From IMG/VR virus record IMGVR_UViG_3300023108_000002: a stretch of DNA of 64,000 nt; one strand, written 5' to 3'. Shown in pieces: positions 26,526 through 34,166 of this stretch. The first letter of the stretch is position 1, and each line of letters starts with the position of its first letter. Position numbers and translations under genes: made by a program. The notes beneath the pieces were generated by a model, which saw only the letters and a program-made list of their open reading frames with translations, was not told the DNA's origin and ran no database searches. Source of the DNA: a virus. Its lineage: Duplodnaviria; Caudoviricetes.

Positions 26526-26826
26526 CCACAGGCCCTTGACTTCTTTGCTCAAATGACTTATATTAGTAGTGTAAGTAATGAAAGGTGATTCGTAATGACA
26601 AGAGAGGAATTTTTTGAGTGGTTGGAGACTTGCCCCACGCATAAACACAACATTACATTTGATGAGTTTGATTTTGTGACTGTGTGCTTTCCAATTGAAG
26701 AAGAGGAAGAAGAGAGCGCGGCATAAACCGAACACATCCCCCAAATTTTAGCCACAGGCCCTTGACTTTTGAGTTCGAATCGCATATATTAGTAGTATAA
26801 GTAATGAAAGGTGATTCGTAATGACA
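26517..26826 (+). repeat. Two 84-bp direct repeats (26517-26600 and 26743-26826) each carrying promoter, RBS and start codon
   Basis: AAATTTTAGCCACAGGCCCTTGACTT...TATATTAGTAGTRTAAGTAATGAAAGGTGATTCGTAATGACA; copies differ almost only in the -35/-10 spacer. Confidence 0.92.
26595..26726 (+). CDS. Hypothetical acidic peptide, 43 aa
   Basis: Hand-found (MTREEFFEWLETCPTHKH...) between the two repeats. Confidence 0.65.
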   Translation: MTREEFFEWLETCPTHKHNITFDEFDFVTVCFPIEEEEEESAA

Positions 26827-27162
26827 CAGACTGCTAAAGAATTCATAGATGAAATGAACTACTTCGATACATATGGAAGTGGTTGTGGATTTGAGACACG
26901 TTGGTCTATCTATGGTGAAAATATCAAAATGGGAGAGAACCATCCCTTTCAAACTCCCATGACGATTCAGAACAAATGTGATGTTTGGGGATATGATTCC
27001 TCTGCTGTTTGTAATGGTAAAACGTGGGGAGATCTCTGGCAGACATGTGAAACTGTCATACGCAATTCAGTGGATAGTGATGGTAATAGAGATCATCACA
27101 TCTTTATTGAAGATTTAGAAGCGCAAGGTAATGGCGTTTGGAACTTGGTAACAGGGAGCTAA
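26821..27162 (+). CDS. Hypothetical early protein, 113 aa
   Basis: Own cassette; HHIFIE motif. Confidence 0.75.
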   Translation: MTQTAKEFIDEMNYFDTYGSGCGFETRWSIYGENIKMGENHPFQTPMTIQNKCDVWGYDSSAVCNGKTWGDLWQTCETVIRNSVDSDGNRDHHIFIEDLEAQGNGVWNLVTGS

Positions 27163-27165
27163 ATT

Positions 27166-27357
27166 ATGAACTCTAACTTAAAAACTTTTATGGATTCTGT
27201 GTGGACTGCTACACAAATCTCCGGCAACACTGTTGTTGATCGTCGTGTTTGTTTTGGTGGAAATCCAGACATTCAATTCACTGTCGAACTTCCCAATGGG
27301 GAATTTGATTTTGTATCTGCTGTTGACATGTTTGAAGTGGGGGTAGAATTCTCATGA
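27166..27357 (+). CDS. Hypothetical protein, 63 aa
   Basis: Compact operon. Confidence 0.6.
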   Translation: MNSNLKTFMDSVWTATQISGNTVVDRRVCFGGNPDIQFTVELPNGEFDFVSAVDMFEVGVEFS

Positions 27358-27584
27358 CCATATATCCTGATTTTGATATCATTGTAACTGATGGCATTCC
27401 TTTACATGGCAGCCCTCAAGACAGAGGTTCTGCCGATCGTTATTATCACCGTTCTTTTGACCCCCACTACTGGCCACTAGGCACATACAAAGGTGAGCGT
27501 GTTGAAAAAGATAACATGACTGTTGGTGAGATTGAGGCTTATCGTTATGGCTGGGATAACGAAAAAGATCGTAAGGAGTGGTAA
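27354..27584 (+). CDS. Hypothetical protein, 76 aa
   Basis: ATGA overlap; HGSPQDRGSAD.YY pattern. Confidence 0.65.
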   Translation: MTIYPDFDIIVTDGIPLHGSPQDRGSADRYYHRSFDPHYWPLGTYKGERVEKDNMTVGEIEAYRYGWDNEKDRKEW

Positions 27585-27784
27585 TGTTTCGAATAATATT
27601 TTACTCGGCTGCGTTTGGCCTGGGCGGAGCAATGATTGTGAATTCGTTTTTGAACATGTTGGAAATGCCTGACGTGCATTTTTCATATTCAAGTGGCGAA
27701 TGTGTTCGAGTTCTGAATTACACTGATGAAGTTTTCACTTGTGAAAACCTTCCAGAGAGATTTCATCATGTGTGGGTCGAATAA
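27584..27784 (+). CDS. Hypothetical membrane-anchored protein
   Basis: N-terminal TM helix; C...C pair. Confidence 0.6.
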   Translation: MFRIIFYSAAFGLGGAMIVNSFLNMLEMPDVHFSYSSGECVRVLNYTDEVFTCENLPERFHHVWVE

Positions 27785-27929
27785 TTTTTTTCAAGAAGGC
27801 GTAGATGCACATGCTTCTGGCCTTCTTTGGAAAGATAATCCATATAAAGAAGATTCTTTTGAATATTCTGAGTGGAAAAAAGGTTGGGATGCTCGTATGA
27901 CGTGGTGTTTAGAAAATGCATACACATAA
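27768..27929 (+). CDS. Rmf/CrpP-like small protein
   Basis: EGVDAHASG...NPY...W..GW resembles the ribosome modulation factor fold signature. Confidence 0.45.
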   Translation: MCGSNNFFQEGVDAHASGLLWKDNPYKEDSFEYSEWKKGWDARMTWCLENAYT

Positions 27930-27958
27930 ATATTTTAATGAAACTGAAGGTGACAGTA

Positions 27959-28279
27959 ATGACGCAAATGAATTTTGATTTTTTTGATGAAAAATCTACA
28001 CAAATGTCAGAAAATCTTGTAAATTTAAATGAGGCACTTGATGGAACGGCAACTTTAACTGACTTCGAAACATATTTGAAAGAAAGAATGTATGATGCTG
28101 AGTATAAATTGCATCTTTCAGAACAAGCTCTTACAAACATTGGACTTGAACTCAAAAATTTTCTAGAAATTTATGAACATTCTTGGAATGGATCGCATGA
28201 AGTCAAAGAAATGATTGAGACAATAGACAATTATTTTGATATTAGTTCTAAAATTACAATCAAAGAGGAAAAAAAATGA
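27959..28279 (+). CDS. Hypothetical protein
   Basis: Helical ORF; GAAGG RBS. Confidence 0.6.
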   Translation: MTQMNFDFFDEKSTQMSENLVNLNEALDGTATLTDFETYLKERMYDAEYKLHLSEQALTNIGLELKNFLEIYEHSWNGSHEVKEMIETIDNYFDISSKITIKEEKK

Positions 28280-28497
28280 TTTCTATGTCAGTTGTAATCG
28301 GGTTCGGCATTTATCTTTGTGTCGCACTATACTTTAGTATGAAATCTGCCCATAAAACTGGATATGTACAAGGACTACAGGATATATTAACTTCAGTTGA
28401 AGAGGCTCTCGACCATGATAGGTCAAAAATTGATAGTCTTTATGAAAAAATGGCAAAAAATAAAGGAATGAGAGTAGAAATTTCAGAAGAAATTTAA
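28276..28497 (+). CDS. Hypothetical membrane-anchored protein, 73 aa
   Basis: N-terminal TM helix; ATGA overlap. Confidence 0.6.
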   Translation: MISMSVVIGFGIYLCVALYFSMKSAHKTGYVQGLQDILTSVEEALDHDRSKIDSLYEKMAKNKGMRVEISEEI

Positions 28498-28506
28498 TAA
28501 AAGCCC

Positions 28507-28536
28507 TTGACAAATCCCCTCAAATGTGACAGAATC
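28507..28536 (+). promoter_or_regulatory. Probable early promoter with GANTC overlapping the -10 region
   Basis: GCCCTTGACA -35; weak TG-N-CAGAAT -10; GAATC at 28532. Confidence 0.55.
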
Positions 28537-28565
28537 ATATTGTATTTGATGATAGAGGTAAAAAA

Positions 28566-29000
28566 ATGGTTCACTTCGACAATTTATATGTCTCTGGTTC
28601 CGGCTCTCGCAAAAGAAAACTCGCATATCAAGTTGCTGAGTTCGTAAAATCTCAAATTTTCCCTAGAACACAAGGTGTGATGCTGGAAATTCAGCTCATT
28701 TCGAAGCTTTCTGAGAAAGAAGGCGTCCTTGGCGATTGTATGGATGAAGATGATCGCGAATATACAGTCAGAATTGATAGTTCTTTGGATAGAGAAACTT
28801 TTATCAAGACTCTTTGTCATGAATTAGTTCATGTAAAACAATATGCAAAGAATGAACTACGTCAAATTACTTTCAAAACACACAAATGGCATCGTAAAAC
28901 TTTGATGGGCGATCTAGAATATCATGAGCGTCCTTGGGAAATCGAAGCATTTTCAATGGAAGATGAATTAGCTGAAAAATTTGGAGAAAATAATGAGTAA
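28566..29000 (+). CDS. Zincin-type (HExxH) metallopeptidase-like protein
   Basis: TLCHELVHVKQY...PWEIEAF. Confidence 0.75.
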   Translation: MVHFDNLYVSGSGSRKRKLAYQVAEFVKSQIFPRTQGVMLEIQLISKLSEKEGVLGDCMDEDDREYTVRIDSSLDRETFIKTLCHELVHVKQYAKNELRQITFKTHKWHRKTLMGDLEYHERPWEIEAFSMEDELAEKFGENNE

Positions 29001-29322
29001 AATGGGAAATTATGTTGTAGAATTAATGGAAACTGGACTTTGGGAAGAGGACGAAAATCCTTCTGAACCAAATTTTGATGAATATTATAGCGAACAGCTG
29101 TCTAGATTCAAGCATGAATTGAGAGATTGTATGCAATCTAGAAATATTACTTGGAAAGAGGCACTAACTTTTTTATATCAAACCGAAGAAGATGATTATG
29201 AACTCTTTGATATAGAGGAAGATGCATATTGTTACCAAAAACTTGAACATTTTCTTTATAAATGGGATTTACAGGAAAGAAAAATTGATGAAATATGTAA
29301 AAAATTCTTCATTAGCCCTTGA
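28993..29322 (+). CDS. Hypothetical acidic protein
   Basis: Overlapping, co-directional. Confidence 0.65.
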   Translation: MSKMGNYVVELMETGLWEEDENPSEPNFDEYYSEQLSRFKHELRDCMQSRNITWKEALTFLYQTEEDDYELFDIEEDAYCYQKLEHFLYKWDLQERKIDEICKKFFISP

Positions 29323-29386
29323 CTTCTTTGCTCAAATGACTTATATTAGTAGTGTAAGGTAAAAAAACATAGGAGATTCTTACGTT
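29315..29386 (+). promoter_or_regulatory. Early promoter cassette; 44 bp identical to 26532-26575
   Basis: GCCCTTGACTTCTTTGCTCAAATGACTTATATTAGTAGTGTAAG; AGGAGATTC RBS containing GANTC. Confidence 0.9.
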
Positions 29387-29812
29387 ATGGCATATGTTTC
29401 ACAAGACATGAAAAAAGCTCTTGCCCCTGCAATTAAAAATGTACTAAAACAGTACGGTATGAAAGGCACGATTGGTGTTAACAACCATTCTTCTTTGGTT
29501 GTGAATATTAAAGAAGGTGTTCTTGACTTGATTGGAATTGCAAATGCAAAAAATCAAGAGATTGCTGAACGGCGGAATATGCCTTACTATGAATGTAACG
29601 GATACTTTCAGGCAAATCCCTACCATTCCGATCAATATGGAGAAGCTTCTTCTTTCTTTGAAGATTTGGTTGCGGCAATGAAAGGTGCGTTTACAAACGG
29701 TGGTCCCAAATGGTATGATAACAGTGATGCAATGATTGATTACTTTGATACTGCATACTATTTGGACATCAATGTTGGAAAATGGAACAAGCCTTACGTT
29801 TGTACGGCTTAA
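29387..29812 (+). CDS. Conserved hypothetical early protein, 141 aa
   Basis: Own cassette; DAMIDYFDTAYY motif resembles polyvalent-protein-associated domains. Confidence 0.75.
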   Translation: MAYVSQDMKKALAPAIKNVLKQYGMKGTIGVNNHSSLVVNIKEGVLDLIGIANAKNQEIAERRNMPYYECNGYFQANPYHSDQYGEASSFFEDLVAAMKGAFTNGGPKWYDNSDAMIDYFDTAYYLDINVGKWNKPYVCTA

Positions 29813-29829
29813 ACAATAAGGAGTGATAT

Positions 29830-29988
29830 ATGTGGTATGTTCAGTATGAACTTGCTGATGGTTCAAATGAAACTTTTCGATATGAGGGCTTGACACAAGA
29901 GCAGGCGCGTGAAATCCATCGTCAATGGTCTGGTTGGAACACCAAATATGTCCAATCAGGAAGGATGGATTTAGGATATGGTAAATAA
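29830..29988 (+). CDS. Hypothetical protein, 52 aa
   Basis: Hand-found (MWYVQYELADGSNETF...); AGGAG RBS. Confidence 0.55.
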   Translation: MWYVQYELADGSNETFRYEGLTQEQAREIHRQWSGWNTKYVQSGRMDLGYGK

Positions 29989-30193
29989 AATACAGCGCAT
30001 GGTCGTCCCGCTAATGGACGAATTGCAATGGTGCATGGAGAACAACGCACACTTGGAAGACCCCGATAGGGTCTCTGCTATAATTGATAGGGTCAGTATC
30101 TATATTGCACATTTAACAGATGAAGATAGTGACTATCTACATGCTGCTCAAGATGCGATAGAGGAAGGTCGCGAATGGAACGTGAAGAAATAA
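29978..30193 (+). CDS. Hypothetical protein, 71 aa
   Basis: Overlapping, co-directional. Confidence 0.6.
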   Translation: MVNKIQRMVVPLMDELQWCMENNAHLEDPDRVSAIIDRVSIYIAHLTDEDSDYLHAAQDAIEEGREWNVKK

Positions 30194-30322
30194 CACAGTT
30201 AAAAGAAATTCGTGATGTTTTTTTAAAAATGTATCATGAAACTAAAAAACCTGATATAAGTATTGATATGTCTTTTTTAAGGCTTCATAATATTATATCA
30301 AGATTAGAAGAGGATACATTAA

Positions 30323-30517
30323 ATGGCAGATAAAGAAATTTCTATTAGAGTTGGAAAACTTTATTCTAAAGGACTTGATTATGATGATGCTCAGAAAGAA
30401 TTTTTGAGCCATGCTTCTGATAAAGAAAAATCATTATTAGAAAATCAATTTGATGAAGTTTGGAATGAATATGAGCACATGTATCTTTCAACTCTTTCTT
30501 TTATGAGTAACAAATGA
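30323..30517 (+). CDS. Hypothetical protein, 64 aa
   Basis: GAGGA RBS. Confidence 0.55.
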   Translation: MADKEISIRVGKLYSKGLDYDDAQKEFLSHASDKEKSLLENQFDEVWNEYEHMYLSTLSFMSNK

Positions 30518-30708
30518 GCATAGATTATTACGCAGACAAATTATATGATGTGCAGATAGATACCGTAAAAGGAGATGTTATTTTAGGTGGTGTTTTCTTT
30601 ATAGAAGATAGTCCAAAAGAGGCATATATTTTTGAGCGAGCTTACATTATGGGAAGAGAACATAAAAAAGCTCAAGTGATTAATATTCTTTCAAAGAAAA
30701 CTTCTTGA
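30514..30708 (+). CDS. Hypothetical protein, 64 aa
   Basis: ATGA overlap. Confidence 0.55.
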   Translation: MSIDYYADKLYDVQIDTVKGDVILGGVFFIEDSPKEAYIFERAYIMGREHKKAQVINILSKKTS

Positions 30709-30733
30709 CAGAATCGGAGTTATTTGATATAAA
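30705..30733 (+). promoter_or_regulatory. Sigma70 promoter of the tRNA cluster with GANTC right after the -35
   Basis: TTGACA-GAATC...N17-TATAAA. Confidence 0.85.
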
Positions 30734-30741
30734 GAAAATAT

Positions 30742-30818
30742 CCGCTCGTAGATCAACTGGATAGATCAACTGACTTCTAATCAGTAGGTTGAGGGTTCGA
30801 GTCCTTCCGAGCGGGCCA
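30742..30818 (+). tRNA. tRNA-Arg(TCT)
   Basis: Cloverleaf; anticodon loop CTTCTAA; TTCGAGT T-loop; encoded CCA. Confidence 0.95.
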
Positions 30819-30831
30819 GATAAATAGGGGA

Positions 30832-30937
30832 GACTACTAGGAAGAGGTAGAAACCAGTAAGGCAGAAATGGTTCTGATTTTATTGAAGCGACCTGAATCC
30901 CCTCAAACCGCGCACCAGAAAGGAACACCTAGTAGTC
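30832..30937 (+). ncRNA. Candidate structured leader or small RNA
   Basis: 10-bp closing helix GACTACTAGG/CCTAGTAGTC with internal hairpins, upstream of the 30961 gene. Confidence 0.4.
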
Positions 30938-30960
30938 GTTAATTTAGAAAGGATAATGAA

Positions 30961-31260
30961 ATGGGTGTAACACCATCGACAGGAATGCCATTTGATGTTT
31001 ATCAAGTGATGCAGGCGACAATGTATGGAACTCCACAAGCTCCACATTATCCTAATAGTGAAAATGTTAGACCCCCAGCGGGTAAAGATTCAAAACGTGT
31101 AGTAGAACCATCTACAAGGACTGATGTAAATATAGATGTTTTACGAAGATGGGTTGAACAAAAAGATAGAATTGATGATAGTTTAGAAGATCTAAGACTT
31201 AGGACTTATTTCAATAAAGAACAAATTGAACAAGGAGCAATCTTAGATATAGAAGTTTAA
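30961..31260 (+). CDS. Hypothetical protein, 99 aa
   Basis: GAAAGGA RBS. Confidence 0.7.
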   Translation: MGVTPSTGMPFDVYQVMQATMYGTPQAPHYPNSENVRPPAGKDSKRVVEPSTRTDVNIDVLRRWVEQKDRIDDSLEDLRLRTYFNKEQIEQGAILDIEV

Positions 31261-31334
31261 GCGGGTATAGCATAGTGGTAATGTTACAGCCTTCCAAGCT
31301 GAAGATAGGAGTTCGATTCTCCTTACCCGCTCCA
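31261..31334 (+). tRNA. tRNA-Gly(TCC)
   Basis: Cloverleaf; loop CTTCCAA; CCA end. Confidence 0.95.
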
Positions 31335-31363
31335 AATAAAAATCCATGGCGACGGCCTATGGA

Positions 31364-31513
31364 TTGTGGTGACTGAATAAGTGGTAAGCGTGCCACTAAG
31401 GTATACACAAAGAGGGTAGCACCCTGTCTTAGCGGATGCAGTGTAGTTTGAAAGCGAGTTAGCCCGAGCGCTCAGTGCGAGTAGATGTAGGTAATCGGTA
31501 ATCCTACCCACAA
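31364..31513 (+). ncRNA. Candidate manA-like structured RNA between tRNAs
   Basis: TTGTGG/CCACAA closing stem; GACTGAATAA-hairpin-TAAGGT...ACACA layout recalled for the manA motif; hairpins GTGG/CCAC, AGGGT/ACCCT, GTAGG/CCTAC. Confidence 0.5.
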
Positions 31514-31521
31514 CTTATAAA

Positions 31522-31598
<77 letters not shown>

Positions 31599-31610
31599 AA
31601 CAGAAATTAT

Positions 31611-31685
31611 TCCGGCGTAGCTCAGCGGTAGAGCAGTTGACTGTTAATCAATTGGTCGTAGGTTCGATCCCTACCGCCGGAGCCA
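31611..31685 (+). tRNA. tRNA-Asn(GTT)
   Basis: Cloverleaf; loop CTGTTAA; CCA end. Confidence 0.95.
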
Positions 31686-31698
31686 GAAAGAGGCAAAA

Positions 31699-31986
31699 AT
31701 GTATAAACCTTTACCTGATAGCGTTACTATTAAAAAATCTGAAATCAATGGATTAGGACTCTTTGCAGTTGAACCTATTAAGGAAGGAACCGAAATAGGA
31801 TTGTCTCATTTTTATTGGGGCGATCAGTTACAGAGAACACCTTTAGGTGCTTTCTATAATCATTCCGAAGAACCTAATATCTTAAAGGTTCAAAGGGATA
31901 GTAGATTCTTTATTGTGGCTACAAGAGATATTTTGCCAGATGAAGAAATAACATGTAGATATACTTTTTATAATGTGGAGAAGTGA
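31699..31986 (+). CDS. Minimal SET-domain protein (putative protein-lysine methyltransferase)
   Basis: SEINGLGLFA, FYNHSEEPN, ATRDILPDEEITCRY. Confidence 0.88.
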   Translation: MYKPLPDSVTIKKSEINGLGLFAVEPIKEGTEIGLSHFYWGDQLQRTPLGAFYNHSEEPNILKVQRDSRFFIVATRDILPDEEITCRYTFYNVEK

Positions 31987-32171
31987 AAATGACTCGTTAT
32001 GGTTCAAGCACAAATGTAAAAGATACTTGGAGTACTGATGATGATGGAAACATTCGTTTATCGTCATCTAAAGATTTCAAATCTTTAGGTATTCAAGATG
32101 CTGATACATTTGCAGCAGTAAACATCAACGGAAGTGTAGTGTTGGTTAAAATAGATATGGTATTGAAATAA
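31983..32171 (+). CDS. Hypothetical protein, about 60 aa
   Basis: GGAG RBS; co-directional. Confidence 0.5.
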   Translation: MKMTRYGSSTNVKDTWSTDDDGNIRLSSSKDFKSLGIQDADTFAAVNINGSVVLVKIDMVLK

Positions 32172-32247
32172 GCCGCTCTAGCTCAGCTGGTAGAGCAACT
32201 GATTTGTAATCAGTGGGTCGGGGGTTCGAGTCCCTCGAGCGGCACCA
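32172..32247 (+). tRNA. tRNA-Thr(TGT)
   Basis: Cloverleaf; loop TTTGTAA; CCA end. Confidence 0.95.
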
Positions 32248-32249
32248 CC

Positions 32250-32335
32250 GCCTCTGTGGTGAAATAGGTAGACACAAGAGACTTAAAATCTCTCGACCTT
32301 AGGTCGTCCCAGTTCGAGTCTGGGTGGAGGCACCA
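32250..32335 (+). tRNA. tRNA-Leu(TAA)
   Basis: Class II cloverleaf with a long variable arm; loop CTTAAAA; CCA end. Confidence 0.95.
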
Positions 32336-32354
32336 ATCAATCTTGGAGATTATT

Positions 32355-32948
32355 ATGCCAAAGTTTAGAGACATTTTTGATGTCTTAGAAGAAAAACCAA
32401 AAAAGAAACGCAAACGCCGAACCAAGGCGGAAATGGCAGCTGCCCGTGAAAAAGAAGCGCAGTTGGAAGCAGAAAAGAATTTTGTGGTTCCACAAAATAC
32501 AACTGTATATTCTAATAGGCCCATACCAACTAAATCATCCAGGCCTATAAAAAAATATCCACCACCCCCACCAAAACCAAAATTTGATCTTTCTAAAATA
32601 GAAGAAGAAATAGTCTTGCCAGGCGGGGCAAAATATGGTATAACTAAAGAAACAAAACATGGTAAACATATGATCTACTACTGTAGTGCTGCAAAAGATT
32701 GGAGCATATTATATGATGCAAGATATAATGATGTATCGAAACATTGGAATTTTTATAACAAATTAAAAGTTAGATTAGAGAGTGAAAAAAATGGAAGCAC
32801 AAAAAAATCCGTGGCATCTAGAAATAGAACCAGCAAAACTAAAACTTCTGCTAAGCGAAAAAGTACAAAAGGTGGTGTTCGAAAAAGCAGACGGAACGAT
32901 TCGGGAGATGATGTGTACAACAAATCCAAATATAGTGCCGTGGCCTGA
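32355..32948 (+). CDS. Hypothetical basic, Pro-rich protein
   Basis: GGAG RBS; KPKKKRKRRTKAEM and PPPPPKP; C-terminal tail overlaps the next gene. Confidence 0.65.
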   Translation: MPKFRDIFDVLEEKPKKKRKRRTKAEMAAAREKEAQLEAEKNFVVPQNTTVYSNRPIPTKSSRPIKKYPPPPPKPKFDLSKIEEEIVLPGGAKYGITKETKHGKHMIYYCSAAKDWSILYDARYNDVSKHWNFYNKLKVRLESEKNGSTKKSVASRNRTSKTKTSAKRKSTKGGVRKSRRNDSGDDVYNKSKYSAVA

Positions 32949-33087
32949 TAACCCTACTGAAGCAGAAGGGCGCATTTCCGAAAAAAGAAATAAAGATGAA
33001 AATCTTTTTTCAGTATGGGACGTGGAAAAGGAAGGATGGAGATCCTTTCGATTTGAAAGACTTATTAAATACGGAGATCCAGAATAA
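32791..33087 (+). CDS. WYL_2 / DUF2693-type SH3-fold protein
   Basis: VFEKADGTIREM...VWDVEKEGWRSFR. Confidence 0.8.
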   Translation: MEAQKNPWHLEIEPAKLKLLLSEKVQKVVFEKADGTIREMMCTTNPNIVPWPDNPTEAEGRISEKRNKDENLFSVWDVEKEGWRSFRFERLIKYGDPE

Positions 33088-33350
33088 TGGGAAAGAAAAA
33101 ACTAAGAGATAAATATACTTCTAAGGGCGAACGTAGAAGTGTTGCTAAGCACAACCGCACACCAATGCCAAAGAATACAATCGGTCGTTTGATTCGTCAG
33201 AGGGATGCCTGGAAAGAGGGCAAGAATGTTGTTATCACTATGGCAAATCCAAATCCAAATGAAACAAACAAAAAATTTATTAGAGTAAATGCTAGAGAAC
33301 TTTGGGGAGATCCAAAGAAACAAAGAGCTTACTCCATGAAAGATGCTTGA
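33087..33350 (+). CDS. Conserved hypothetical basic protein, 87 aa
   Basis: YTSKGERR...NPNPNETNKKFIRV pattern. Confidence 0.7.
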   Translation: MGKKKLRDKYTSKGERRSVAKHNRTPMPKNTIGRLIRQRDAWKEGKNVVITMANPNPNETNKKFIRVNARELWGDPKKQRAYSMKDA

Positions 33351-34156
33351 TGGTTGAATTTGACATAAAACCTTTGCATAAGAATAAAGCCTCTTTGTTT
33401 GTCGCAGAGAGGCACTATTCTGCTGTTATGCCTAGATTGACTAAACATTATCTTGGTTTTTTTGTCAAAGAAGAATTGATGGGTGTACTAACATTAGGGT
33501 GGGGCACAAATCCAATGGGAACAATAAAGAAAATGTTTCCAGACTTGACAACAAAAGATTACTTTGAAATTGGCAAGATGTGTATGGACGAGACAATGCC
33601 AAGAAATTCTGAAAGTCAGATGTTATCGCAAACAGTTAAATGGATGAAACAGAATACTCCAGATATCAAATTTTTATACACTTGGGCAGATGGAATTGTG
33701 GGCAAGCCTGGCTATGTTTATCAATCTGCTAACTTCTTGCATGGCGGTTTTATTTGGTCTGATGTTTATGTTTCAGAAACAGGAGAGAAAGTACACTTTA
33801 GAACCATCCAAAGACAAATGAAAAAAGAGATGGGTAGATTTGATACAAAATATGGCCCACGACCAAATGATGAAAAAATGGGTCAGCTAGGGTTTTCTAG
33901 AGTTTGGGGAAAGCAGTTTAGATATATCTATCCATTGACTAAAAAAGATAGAAAGTATATGAATAGATACTCGACTTGTAGTTGGGATAATAATTATCCT
34001 AAAGATAGTGATCTACAATGGAAGATAAAAAAACCAGGCGAAACAGAATATACTATCACTGATACAATGCCTTTTATACATAGTAAAGATGTTAAACACA
34101 ATACTGCAAATATAAGAAGGTATAAATCAGAAATAAGTATTGACGATTTTTTATAA
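33350..34156 (+). CDS. Mom-like (GNAT-fold) DNA adenine modification protein
   Basis: FVAERHYS, EIGKMCMDETMPRNSESQ, LYTWAD...GKPGYVYQSANF match the Mu Mom-like layout. Confidence 0.7.
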   Translation: MVEFDIKPLHKNKASLFVAERHYSAVMPRLTKHYLGFFVKEELMGVLTLGWGTNPMGTIKKMFPDLTTKDYFEIGKMCMDETMPRNSESQMLSQTVKWMKQNTPDIKFLYTWADGIVGKPGYVYQSANFLHGGFIWSDVYVSETGEKVHFRTIQRQMKKEMGRFDTKYGPRPNDEKMGQLGFSRVWGKQFRYIYPLTKKDRKYMNRYSTCSWDNNYPKDSDLQWKIKKPGETEYTITDTMPFIHSKDVKHNTANIRRYKSEISIDDFL

Positions 34157-34166
34157 GGAGAATGAT

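Noticed and set aside
26517-26826. Repeat-spacer-repeat pattern resembling a CRISPR mini-array
   Set aside because: The repeats are 84-bp promoter/RBS cassettes, the intervening DNA is a coding ORF, and no cas genes or regular 25-45-bp periodicity are present
10560-30740. CtrA boxes (TTAA-N7-TTAA) in early promoters, as reported for other alphaproteobacterial phages
   Set aside because: None seen by eye in the promoter cassettes examined; a computational scan was not possible
32791-32948. 158-bp overlap between the basic Pro-rich ORF and the WYL_2-type gene, suggesting a frameshift or dual coding
   Set aside because: The overlapping tail is low-complexity and looks like simple stop-codon run-on; no slippery site joins the frames into a sensible fusion
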